Positions 27,801 through 41,300 of a DNA stretch of 64,000 bases are shown here, one piece after another. Every line of letters begins with the position of its first letter. Position 1 is the stretch's first letter. The translations under genes were made by a program, and so were the position numbers. This DNA is from Octopus vulgaris (lineage: Eukaryota). The DNA lies in the NCBI GenBank assembly GCA_951406725.2, contig OX597817.1:66774001-66838000 (forward strand). Direction: 5' to 3'. Under the pieces are notes generated by a model. That model ran no database searches. It was not told where the DNA came from and was given only the letters and a program-made list of their open reading frames with translations.

Positions 27801-29680
27801 CAGGCATGTCAATACTTCCAACCCAGTAGTGAAGTAGCCACTGATGCAGATGGTGGGTTTATTGAATAGGTGTGACAAAAAAATTTTCAAGATTATTCGT
27901 ACCATTTGTTTCCAAATACAACTTTTCTTTGGTGAGGTTTGCATCTTTTCCTAAATTCATACTAATGACCTTAAAAAAAAACTGACACACCCAGTATGTA
28001 TATGACAGGTTTCTTTCAGTTTCTGTATAGCAAATACACTCACAAGGCTTTGGTCAACCCAGGGCTGTAGTTGAAAACACTTGCCTAAGGTGCTATGCAC
28101 TGCTACATAGTGGGACTGAACTCAGAACCGTGGAGTTGTGAAGCAAACTTCTTACCAGACAAACACACCTTTGCCAGATGGTCCTCATTCTCACACTAAA
28201 TTACATGAATCAGAGCATGACCTTCTGAATAGTTGCATGACCTACTGTTAATAGATACCTAATATTTATCAAATTCCTGACAGCTATAAAATAGGCCAAA
28301 TGTTGTAAGTCTTAAATTTCACAACTTCCTCTACAATGAAAATGATATGGCCATAGCTGATAACACTGATTAAATGCTACAATTTCTGTCTTACATACTT
28401 GCTCAGAGATGACTTAGATTATCCTACAATAATGATAGTAGCAATAGCAGCAACAACTACATGGGATCCTCTGTATGGTCATTTGAGTGATTAGAAATAA
28501 CAGCCAAATCACCCTCAACTTACAACCTACTCTCAAGGGAAAAGATAGGAAGCACTGGATAATGTAGCCCTACATACTAAAACTGGATAGCCATTGGATA
28601 ATGTAGCCCAACATATTAAGACAGGATTGTCTTGGCTGGAATGCTTTGATCATATGTCTCCAGAATTTGGAGAGGAGGGGTGGATAAACTACAACAGCAG
28701 TACCAGTACCATCACCTCTTCCTTCTTTGCCATTCCCTCCCACTAATTATTCCAATGAACTTTGATGATAATTATTACTCACTTGTATAACTATATTTAA
28801 AAATATATGTATACTAGCAGGCCTCTCAGCCTTTGGCCCAGTCTGTATAGTGTTGAAATGTATTGATAAGCCACATATTGGCATCTATCGTAATACCCAT
28901 TTTCATTACAATAAAAGTTGTTAAAAGGTATTTAAATATTTCAGAACATAATTTTACAAATTTATTTAGAATATCTAAATACAGAAAGTAATCTAGATAA
29001 TAATAGAGAAAGGTATTGTATGAAAATTATAAAAAAAAACAGACCTTCAGTATATACAATGTTTTTGACTTTTTCCTTTGGAGCATATATGAAGATTTTC
29101 TGAGGGCTTCCTACTCTGGAACAACCTACATACAGCTGACCATGTGAGAAACAGCTCTCTTTTAGATGGAGACCAACAACCTGTAGTGTTTGATCTTTGG
29201 ACTTGTTAATGGTCAATGCGTAACTGACCTCCACTGAGAATTGCAATCGTTTGAAATGAAAGGGGACATCTGTTGGTATTAGTGATATTCTAGGTATAGA
29301 TACAATATCTCCATTACTACATCCAGTGAGGATTTTTGCTTCGATAATGTGAGGCTGTAGTTCAGTGACAGCCATATGTGTACCATTGCACAATCTCAGC
29401 TGATCCAGGTTTCTAAGAAGCATGATGACAGCACCCTTCTTCAATTCAAAGATGTGTGATAGTGTGCTGAACGGTTCCAGACTGTTGAGGAATTCAACAG
29501 GATAATGGACAGCCTCATCCTCATTGACAACTTTGTCCATAGACTTATAGATATGTCTATCTTCATCCTCCCTCTGTCTCACTTATTTTTCTCCCTACCC
29601 GCTTTCTATCTGTCTCATGTATTTTTTCTCACGAGAGAAAAAGAGGTAGAGGTAATGAGAGTGACACATATACAACCAGG

Positions 29681-29724
<44 letters not shown>

Positions 29725-29859
29725 TAGTGAGAGAAATAGAGAGGGACATATAAACAGAGAAAGCAGAGGTCCAGCATCTCACTTGTTTTTTTCTCCATAT
29801 CCCCTTTCTCTGTCCGTCTCTCATGTGTTTTCTCTCTAGAGAGAAAAGGAGGTAGAGGT

Positions 29860-29894
<35 letters not shown>

Positions 29895-31791
29895 CAACCA
29901 GAGAAAGAGAGGAAGATAGTGAGAGAGATAGAGACATAGGGAGGGGCATATAGACAGAGAGAAAGCAGAGGTGTGGCGGTGACTTCAAAGGAATAAATGT
30001 AATATATAAACTTAGAGAAATGTAGAGGTGGATTGAATGGTAAGTGAAGTATTTTTCCCTGTGTAAAAAAGCATTATAATGAAATAGACAGTACATGGAT
30101 TGCTAGAAATAAGAGCCAATACACCACCAACTTGCCCCCCACCTCCATTCCATTTTCGGAAAATAAGTGCACAATTATCTGTGGAACAGTCAAATTAATT
30201 TAAATGGTACAAAAAAACCTGAAATATTATCAATTCTATTTAGTGTCTGCAGTGGTCAATGTAGAAACAAACAAACAAACAAAGCTTTTTTTTTATATTT
30301 AGTTTTCAGCAGTCAACATACAAACAAACTTTGCTTTTTATAAGGTTATATAGATATTAAGGTGAAATAGACAGTGTGTGGATTGCTAGAAATAGGAGCC
30401 AATACAACACCACCAATCTATTTTCAGAAAATAAGTGCACAGTTATCTGTGGAATGGTCAAATTAATTTAAATGATACAAAAAACCTGAAATATTATCAA
30501 TTTTATTTAGTGTTTTCAGCAGTCAATGTACAAACAAACAAACTTTGCTTCTTATAAGGATAGAAATAAGATATAGAAACTATGGTGAAATAGACAGTAC
30601 ATGGACTGCTAGAAATAGGGGCCAATACACAACCAATTTGCCCCCACCCCAAATCGATTTTTGGAAAATAAGTGTACAGTTATCTGCAGAATGGTGAAAT
30701 TAATTTATGACATGAAAATCCTGAAATATCATCAACTTTATTTAGTGTTTTCAGTAGTCAATGTACAAACAAACTTTGCTTCTTATTAGGATATATAATA
30801 ACAATAAGGATTATTATGAAGCAGCATAGCATTACCTTTAGTTCCTTCATATATATACTGCTTCAAATAGATGTACATGTTTCTACTGCATTGATTAGTA
30901 ACTGTTGCAACCACAACCCTACTGCTATACCAGTGCAGTTTCTTCAGGATCTTCACTTTAATATCCTTTGATTTACCTGCTTAAAGTTTTTTATTTATCA
31001 ACTCTGCGCTGTATGATGCAGAGTTGTTCGTTAATTTAGACGCGAACTATCTTTAGTTCAAGTTTTGATTGGATATTCACTTGTAACCAGTTATTTCAAA
31101 ACATACATACAAGACCAGATTTAAATCATGGAAGGCCTGGGGCACTTCAAATTTGGTGAGCACCCTCATACACAAGAATTAAAATCGTGGAAAATTAGCA
31201 AAACCCATCTATTACATGTAATTGTATTTTGCAAGTCAGCAGAGAAAGTTTAAATAAACAACTGAAAATGTTGCTTGACAGACACTTTTCAAAATTCAAA
31301 TTTTGTTTTTCGCACATCCACTTGCAGCGTTTGACTTTTCTTTCATTGTGAAAAGTACAATAAAGGAAGGAAGAAGGGATAAAATTTTTTTCTTTTAATC
31401 CTTTCGTTACCAACCCAGCTGAAATCGGCTCTGGCTCTTTAGTATAAATGTCTTGTTTTCATAAGTTTGGAATTCAAATCTTCCACTAAATCTTAGTCAC
31501 AATTTATGTTCCTAACACTAGCTTAATGGTAATGATGTTATTTTACTAAATTCTTTGTTATATTTAAAATAATTGGAAAAACACAGAGCATCTCAAAATA
31601 AATGCAGTAATGAAAGGGTTAATGTGAGTTACAAATGTTTCAGAATGTAGAATATGATAAAATGAGAGAAAATTATGAAAAAGAAAAATATATCATTTTA
31701 GTGATTGTTGTTCCAAAAGCACAATGAGTATGTGCATGTGTTTGTGTGTGTGTGTGTGTGTGTGTGAATGTGTGTGTGTGTGTGAGAGAGA

Positions 31792-31822
<31 letters not shown>

Positions 31823-31836
31823 TGTGTGTGTGTGTG

Positions 31837-31874
<38 letters not shown>

Positions 31875-34800
31875 TGTGCATGTGTGTGTAAATGATAAAA
31901 ATTAAGTAAGTAAAGCACTAACTTTGATGGTATGTTGATAGTTTTTGCTGTTCTGTGAAGGTTAACCAGATCTGCAAATGCTAACATATGTTTAGAGCAG
32001 GCAAGGAGAAACATACTTCGTAGGTATATTAGGGAAGCACGTTCACTGAAATGACGCTCCTCCTGCAAGGAATGAAATAAGATTTCAAGTAATGAGTTAA
32101 TAATACAACTGAGATTAACAGAACAGAACATTTCTTCCTATAAAATGGAAATAATGAAAATTACAATATTTGTTTCTTTAATACTTTAGATGGGAGGCTC
32201 AATCCATCACCCATTTTAGTACTACCACATAGTTCATGTTCCCATGTAGCAAAGTCCATTCTTTTGTAAGTATTTAGGTCATAAACCCTAACCACAGTTT
32301 GAAGATAACTTCCTTCTTTCTTCCTTTCTTCCCAATAATCTTAGAGGCCCTGAAAAGACTATGAGCACTACCTTTCCTCCTTTAAGTAGGCCATAATTTT
32401 TTGTTTAAATTATACTGAAAATATCACTTGGGAGATTGAATTCCTAGGGTCCCTGTTGATTTTAGGAGCTGAGATGCTCCAGGCAAGTATACATTGCAGT
32501 TGTCTTTCTCTCTACCTGCCCACACAACTAGGAGAGGACTTATATTCAAGATTGAGTGCTAACAAACACCAAATTTACAATGCTCCTACTACTTTAGACA
32601 ATGTGCTGTGCCTAACTAGTTATGCTATCTATTTATAACTCATCATCATTGTTTAACGTCCACTATCCATGCTAGCATGGGTTGGACGATTTGACTGAGG
32701 TCTGGCAAACCAGATGGCTGCACCAGGCTCCAATCTGATCTGGCAGAGTTTCTACAGCTGGATGCCCTTTCTAATGCCAACCACTCTGAGAGTGTAGTGG
32801 GTGCTTTTATGTGCCACTGGCACGAGGGTCAGTCAGGCGATACTGGCAATGGCCACACTCAAATGGTGCTTTTTATGTGCCACCTGCACAGGAGCCAGTC
32901 CAGCGGCACTGGCAGTGACCTCGCTTGAATGTTTTTCACATGCCACCAGCACAAGTCTCAGTAAGATCCAAGAAAAAATCATTTATAACTATTTATAACT
33001 CATCAATCCCTACTTAGCACTCACACAGCAAAAAATGGCTGACAAATTATCTTCAAATCACACCTAACGAGTTTAAAAAAAGGAAGTATACATTGGATTA
33101 ATATACTACCAAATACAGTGTGTCTGAAAATGAAAGGAAGAATATTATGGCTGGAAAGCCTTTGAGTGTAGGTTTTCTTAAACCAGTGCAAAAATAACGA
33201 GCTATTTTCAACTAACTGAACAATCCAATCCATGCCAGCATAAAACATGGATGTTAGATGATAATGATGATGGTGATAATGATGAACTGAGCTATTTCAG
33301 CCACGAGGACAATACAGCACCAATACACCCAGATGCAACTCCACCATAACTTTTACAACTTCTGTATCATATATTTGAACTTGCCTTGATAGAAGCTTTG
33401 GTTCTTTCTTCTCTCCCATTCTTAGCTTCTTACCAATACAGCCACTTCACACTCTTCTTACAAACCCTCTCCCTGTGTCTCACTGCTTCATATCACCTCT
33501 CTTCCTCTATAAATTAAGAATTTTCTATGAATGTTTTACTATTCAAATATTTCAAAACAGCTTTCTGGGTGAGATGCTCTGCGGTCTGCTATTCAATGCC
33601 AGACCTCTGACTTGATTTCCTCACATCACCTTTATTTGTTGATAGCTAAGACTGAACCCAAAACTATCACTAGTTTCAAAGAAGCCTTCTTAACTACATG
33701 GCTCCCAAATATCAATTGTTAGTATCTGATGAACTTATATCCCGCAGCATATAGCAGTCATTATGCAACACAGTTGTCATATAGTGCATTTATTATATAA
33801 TAACATTGTGACTTTAAGCTGTGTATCAAATGATATTCTGATGACACCAAACAGTTATTACATAATTGTAAAATATATAGGTTGTTATTGTTTAACTCCA
33901 GGTCAGCCCTAACCAAGCAGACCTATAGTCAAAGACAATCCAGCCATGCTTATTTTGTCTTTTTCATAAACAGAGTGTATCTAGGACTACGTTATCAAAT
34001 GTGCACTTTATTTTTTTAAAATGGTAAGTTGTGATTTGAAGAAGATTTTTAGTAGGTCTAACATCAAGTAGAGATACCATTATTAAATAATGCAGTTGTA
34101 ACATAGCATAGATATTACATGATGTCCAGAAACAAAGTTGTATAGTTGTAACGTAGGATATTTGTTACATGGTAAAATGTCAACATTGGGTCATTATTAA
34201 AGAAATAACTTGTAATATAAGGTAGTTATTACATGATACATGTTATTCCATAGTCTCATAGAAACAAGGACCAGTTATTAAGGGAATTAATAGTACCATA
34301 AGGGAATTGATACATTGTGTAACTAAGAAAGAGTACATACTAAATGATGGGTATACCTACCCAAATGTTCCAATCTACCAACTATGGTTCCTCATAGCTT
34401 TCGGGAAAATGGATATTTTTTAATGAAATTTTCTACAGAATACCTTTCAGATGGTGTAGATTACAATTATATCAGAATTTAAATGTGAAAAAAAAAAAAA
34501 AAATTGGTAGGCATCCACATATGTATTCTAATGACATATCACATAATTTTTTCAAAATTCCAAGTTTCATTTTGTAAATACATATATGTGACATGTGTCA
34601 GTACATATGTGTGCACGCCCACACCCTCTGAAAGGTATTTGAGAAAATTTCATTAAAAAATACCTATTTTTTCTGAAAGTTACGATGAAACAAAGTTGTA
34701 GAACACTTGTGTAAGTATGCCAAATGAAGTAATATAAGATAGTCATTACAAAGAAAAACACTAAAAAAGGAGCACTTGATACATAATGCATAACAAGAAT

Positions 34801-37800
34801 GGAAATGCATTATATGGCAGTTGCACTAGAAATACAGGGTGGTGGTGGTGACAGCAATTGTAGAGACAGTTGTGGTAGTGGCAGTGGTGGCAGCAGTAGT
34901 AGCAGTGGTAGTAGTAGTGGTGGTGGTGGTGGTAGTAGAGGTAGTAGTAGTAGTTTAGTCTCAGGTTAGCCTTGAGTTATCAGATCTATAATACTTTCCT
35001 GACATTTTGTCTATCTTGTCTAAAATAGTCCAATGTGTCCTCCCATTTTTAAAACAGTAGGATGTGATTTGAGTTGCTATTTCTAGCATCACGAGCGACC
35101 ATGAAGAGGCATTTTTGTTAGCTTGTAAGGAAGGCTATTGCTAAATGATGTAATTTTATCAGTGGTCAGTGCTTACATGATGTAATCAAAATATAGAGTG
35201 GCTGTTATATGGAATAAATGCAAATATAAATAGGAAAACAGAAATGTTTTAAAGAGTAATGCTAAGCTGTCCGGAAGCTCAGATACTGGTCAGTCACAAG
35301 ATTACTCATTTTTGCCAGCTGAGTAGACTGGAGCAACATGAAATGAAGTGTTTAGTTTAAGAACACAATGCATCACCCAGTCCAGGAATTGAAACCACAG
35401 TCTTACAATCATGAACCTATCACACTAACCACTAAGCCACATACTTCAACAACTAGAGGAAGAAAGGTGGTACTATTGATCTTTTTTGCTGGCCTGTTAA
35501 GACTTTAAATAAAAAAAAAGGAAGGTATTTATCCTCTGACTGAAGACCTACCCTGAATGCTTTACAGCAGAATGGACTGTACTTAAAGCTCGTACAAGGA
35601 CTGGGTGGTAATATTAATCACCACTCCAAAAACAGAAAGACCTCTATTTACCAAGCTATATTTACATTTATTCCCTGTAACAGCTATTCTGTTATAATTA
35701 CATCATTTAACAATTGCCTTATTAACAAGAATATCTCTTCATGGTCACTTGAGATGCAAGAAATAGTAACTCGAAAAGGAAGGACCACTTGACTGTGCTG
35801 GACTAGATATGCAAAAAGAAGGGAAAGTAAAGGTGAGAATACTTTTATTATAGATCTGCTCATTTAAGGCTGATCTGAGGCTCTACTACCAGTGCTACTG
35901 CTACTGCTGCTGCTGCTGCTGCAACCATCGCCACCAGCACGCCCAGCACCAGCACTACCAGTACCAGCACCACCACTACCACTATGCAGTATTTCACTTG
36001 CAACTGCTATATGATGCAATTTCATCGAGATACATCTATGTCTTCTTCCAACTACACCAAGTAAAAATGATTATCCACAGTTTCTATTTACCAAATTTCA
36101 CTAATTAAAGCTTTGCTTGACATGAGTCTATGGTAGAAGACACTTACCAAAAGTATCAAGTAGTAGTGATCTAACAACCCATTGAATTAAACATTAAGAC
36201 ACGTTCAGTTTTTGCAGATATATAGTTTTGTTAGTCATAATCAAACAAATACTGACTTTAAAGTAACTTACCTGAAGTTCCTTTGTACAAAGGTCTACAC
36301 AGCTATTTAGGTAACCTTTACAGATATCTATATTGTCGATCAATGGTATCAGTAAGGAAGGATTTGTTGAATGGCCTGTAAACCAAGTAGATACAAAACC
36401 CAAAGAGGATGTATGGTTTTTATGTAGCCTGAAATACAGAACAATATTTTATAATGAAAACTTAAAACAGGTTAATCATTCAGTTATTAATTACTGAATA
36501 TCATGAATATGGTTGTTGTTCAGCCCCAGTCAACATTAATTAAGCATACCTATGATCACAGGTGTTTCAGCCATGATCTCTGCATCCTTTGACTATCAAG
36601 TACAACTGTGTTCAATATACTCTTTCTTTTTAAAATTGTGCAATATGATTTCAGAGAGCTTTGGTTGCTATTTTTAGCAGGTCAAGCGATTGCATAGAAG
36701 TTCCTTTGATGAAATGTCATAAGTGTCACTGCAGGTAGTGCAGAGTGTGGAGTGCACTTGTAACATTTAGTTTTCTAACTCATGGATCTGAGTTCAAATT
36801 TAACTGTGGTTTAATTTGATTTCCATCTTATCGGGATTATTTAAGGTAAAAAAACCAATATACTGAAGTAATTAACAGACATTACAAATTCTCTGTTACA
36901 TTAGGTAAGGTGGAAGTGACATGTGTCTTATAAAGATCTTATTACTCTTGATGTCCTCAAGCTTTTTTGGTTCATGGTGCACTTAAGAGCAAATAGAAAT
37001 ATTTTGGTGCACTTTGTGCAGAAAAAAAAAAAATAGATATGAAAAAAGTGTGTATCTTAATGTGGTTATGCTGAGGCATCACCTTCATAGGTTTAGTCAA
37101 ATAAATTGAACCCAGTACTTATTTGTGTATCTTGGTCACTTTTGTTAAATCACCAAGTTACAGCGATGTAAATTAAACAATACTAGTTGTCAAGCAGTGG
37201 TGGAAGACAAACAGAGACACACACAGCTCTAGATACATACATACATACCCAGATGTATGTGTGTGTGTGTGTGTGTGTGCGTGTGTGTATGTATGTATGT
37301 ATAAATGAATGAGTGAATGAATGATGGGTTTCTTTTCAGTTTCTGTCTATGAAATCAACTCATAAGGCTTTGATTGGTCTGGAGCCGTAGTAGAGGACAC
37401 CTGCCCAAGGTGCTATGCAATGAGACTGAACATAAGACCACATGGTTGGGAAGCAAGCCTTTTAACCACACAGTCATGCCTGCATCTATATACTTTAGTC
37501 TATTAACAAAAATAATTAAGGACTAAATTCTCTGTTCAATAAATGATGCCTAATTATCAGAACTTCATGCAGAATTTCAGTTTCTGTTTTCTCTCATTTT
37601 AAAAAATATGATTTTAATTTATTCTAAAAGTAGGTTGTAGCATCATTAGGGCATTAGACAAAATGCTTTGCAATATTTATTCTGGCCCTAACCCATTAGC
37701 ATTTAAACTAGCCATATCTGGTCAAAATATTCTACCCACTTTATGTCCAAACCAGCCAGATCCAGCTTCTCACACCTATCCTACAGTATCACTCTACAAA

Positions 37801-38278
37801 TAAATAACTGCATCATCAGAGACTTGAATCTATGAGATAATGCATGATGAATGCAAACAATGTGAATAAATAGGCATTACAGTTGACAGAGCAATTTGAA
37901 TGCTGAAGGGTTAAATGTTTAGAGTTGAAATCTTGTTAATATCAGCTTTGCTTTGAGAGTCAATAGAATGAATTACTAGGGTTAATGACTTCCGTCAAAA
38001 TCACTGCCTTTGTGCCTAATTTAGAAGTGATTATTTTTGTGGTGAATCTTGCTACATCATGGGAGTACCATAGAAGGGAGGTAAGCCTCTACTAAGCTAA
38101 ACTTACAGTCAAGAGACATTTTATTTCAGTAATATCAGTAACGGTCCTAGAAAAGGTATGAACATAAACTCTCACTTCCCATCCTATAAAAATATCAGGT
38201 TCTTAAAAACAGCATTTAAAACATTTTCAAGGACAAATATTTATATCATAAACACACACATGTGTACAAGAACAAGTG

Positions 38279-38315
<37 letters not shown>

Positions 38316-41300
38316 GTGCAATGATTAAAGTAAATTACTTGGTCAAAGATGTCCAGTAACAAACAACCTTACTGATACTATGAAAGTTAACAAAATTTGT
38401 AATAAGAGAGGAGTGAATACTTTACACTAGTATATAATAGTTGAATAAGTGAAATAACTGTGCAGAAAGTTAAAAATATGTATGAAAAAATGGTATTTAT
38501 CTTTTATTTGTTTCAGTCATTGAACTGTGGCCATGCAAGAGCACTACATTCAAGTGTTTAGTTGAACAAATCAACCCTAGTAGTAATTTTTAAAGCCTGG
38601 TACTTATTCTATCGATCTCTTTTTACTGAACCACTAAGTTAGAACATAAACAAACCAACACTGGTTGTCAAGCAGTGGTGGTGGTGGTGGTGGGGGGGGG
38701 GCAAACACAAAGATAGACACACACATATATATGCACACACACACACAGACATATGTAATGGGCTTCTTTTGGTTTCCATCTCTCAAATCCATTCACAAAG
38801 CTTTGATCGGCCTGGATTATAGTGGAAGACACTTGCCAAAGGTACCATGCAGTGGGACTGAACCCAAGACTTCTTAACCACACAGTCATGCCAATGCCTA
38901 TATTTGCCAACAATTATAGTTCAAATTGGGTTTTTTTCTTTTCTTTTTGATTTTACTGAGAACAAAAAAAATTTACTAAATGAAATATAAAGCTCCACAC
39001 ATATTCAAGATCAACAACATTGAAGAAATTACCTCAATTCTTCAGAAAGAGTTGATGCTTGTCGAGAAAGCGGCCTTGTTTTTACTTCTAGTTCAGACCA
39101 ATAAGTTGATCTTCCAGATGCTATGGTGGCCATAAACCGTTTAAACAGCGTAGTCTCAAATACCTGAAAATATAAAATGATAAAATTTGGAAATCAAAAA
39201 TCAATTCACCTCCAATATTCAAATAGGATTTCAACATTGAGTTACTGTGTTTAGTCTCTGGGAGAGAATGTGGGACTGCTCAGAAAAACTTGAAATTTAT
39301 AACTACAGTATTAGCCCAACAAAATATTAAGCGATTTTAGATTTTATTTGTTATTGTTGTTTAGCCCCAGGTTAACCAAGGTTAATCTGTAGTGATACCA
39401 TCTTGGAAATCTCCAGCATGCACGCACAGAGTTGGATTCTTCCGGGAGGCCTGCCGGAAGTTCCCTCATGCGCATGCGCAGAAAACTAGCAGCAGCGAAA
39501 TTTCCCTTGTATCGTTCTCTTGAATGCTGGCAGCTGAACAGGACAGTCGTGTTTTTAGCAGCTCTCTCAAGCTGCTACCTCGAGACGTATCTCTGCTATG
39601 CTTGAACGGACAGGATTTGGCTCATTCCACTTGACTACTGCAATTAGTTCCTAGGCTGCCGATTCGCCTAGAAAGAAGAATGTATATATTGCGAATCAAG
39701 AAATAAATATTTATACTGTTGAAGTTAATCGGAAGTCTAGACTCTTCCCTTCGATTAATATTTAATGTAAAAAGTTAAGTGAATCGTCCAACCTCGCTAC
39801 GACTACCTTCTTTCTTGCACTTATCCTTATTCTTTCTCTATTCTTCAATTTCCATCTCATTGTATTGTCCCTCATTCTTTCAGTATTCCCTCATTACCCT
39901 GTCTAGCTCAAACATTTTTTTTCGTTTAGACTTGTCTCCAGGTTCATAGCCACTCTGATTTTTCAATTTTTCAATTTTTCGTTTAGTATTGTCTCCCGAT
40001 TCATACAAACCCATTTGCTAGCTCACGATTAACAGAACCTCTTTACTCAGCTACGGTGTTATATTAGCTATCAATAATGATATTCCCTCTGATTTTTCTG
40101 ATTTTCAAACCTATTTATCTAATGTTTATTTATCGACAATGCCGTCCCCAGTCAAATTCCCTCACACCGCTTATTGTCACGTGTCCCTTGACCTCTCTCT
40201 CTAACTAACCCTATCTCTCTCTCGCTATGTCCCCCTTCCCATAACCATCATCGCCATGGTCCTCTATGCCCCCCCTCCCCCAAACCATCATCGCCATACA
40301 TAAAAGAGCGATCGCATTTATCGTTAACCCCACTCGCTTCAAAATATCTAAAGAATACGCACAGATCATGAATGGCTAAAAGTTAAGTGAATCGTCCAAC
40401 CTCGCTACGACTACCTTCTTTCTTGCACTTATCCTTATTCTTTCTCTATTCTTCAATTTCCATCTCATTGTATTGTCCCTCATTCTTTCGGTATTCCCTC
40501 ATTACCCTGTCTAGCTCAAACATTTTTTTTCGTTTAGACTTGTCTCCAGGTTCATAGCCACTCTGATTTTTCAATTTTTCAATTTTTCGTTTAGTATTGT
40601 CTCCCGATTCATACAAACCCATTTGCTAGCTCACGATTAACAGAACCTCTTTACTCAGCTCAGCTACGGTGCACCCGCCCCCCCACCCCCACCACGCATG
40701 CCGGAAGTTCCTATTCTCTTCCATTCCGGGGTTGCTTCCCATGAAGACTGCAAATGCTCTCACCATCCCTACCCCTCCCTACCCCTAGTCTCGACCTATG
40801 TAAGGTAATGTTCATACAGTGCAAAATATGAAAGGCTAGCGTTATGCAGGTTGTACTGAAGGCTACTTTACTACTTCATTTCTTGCACATGAATTCTGCC
40901 AAATGCGAGCTTTCTTTTCAGGTACACGAAGCTACTGTCCACCGTCCCAGGGTCTCTAGAGCCCATGCCTTCCACACCCTCAGGGTTGGCACCCTCAACG
41001 TTGGCACTCTGAAAGGTAGGTCTGGTGAGATAGTCGAGATGCTTGAACGGAGATGTGTGGATATATGTTGCATGCAAGAAATAAGGTGGAGAGGAGGATC
41101 AGCTAGGTTCCTCACAGGCAAGGAACGCAGGTACAAGATTTTCTGGGCAGGGAACACTGACGGGGTTGGTGGCGTGGGTATACTTATCGCTGAGAAATGG
41201 GTAGATAAAGTAATTGAGGTAATCAGAGTAAGTGACAGAATACTTAAGATTAGATTAGTGCTTCATCATAGTTTAGCAACCATTATATCAGCCTATGCTC

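Larger units (their letters stand above)
26150..27995 (+). mobile_element. Decayed Tc1/mariner DD37D (maT-like) transposon with nested MITE and SINE
   Basis: [30 protein letters not shown] followed 37 residues later by the decayed SPDLSPxDY motif. Confidence 0.75.
28814..30791 (-). mobile_element. Non-autonomous Helitron with Pif1 helicase remnant
   Basis: 5' A|TC at 30791 and 3' CTAG|T at 28814. ORF 28962-29582 has [33 protein letters not shown]. Confidence 0.85.

Noticed and set aside
40140-40165. ccccagtcaaattccc resembles antisense LSU rRNA
   Set aside because: About 20 nt with mismatches and no extension; compatible with chance.
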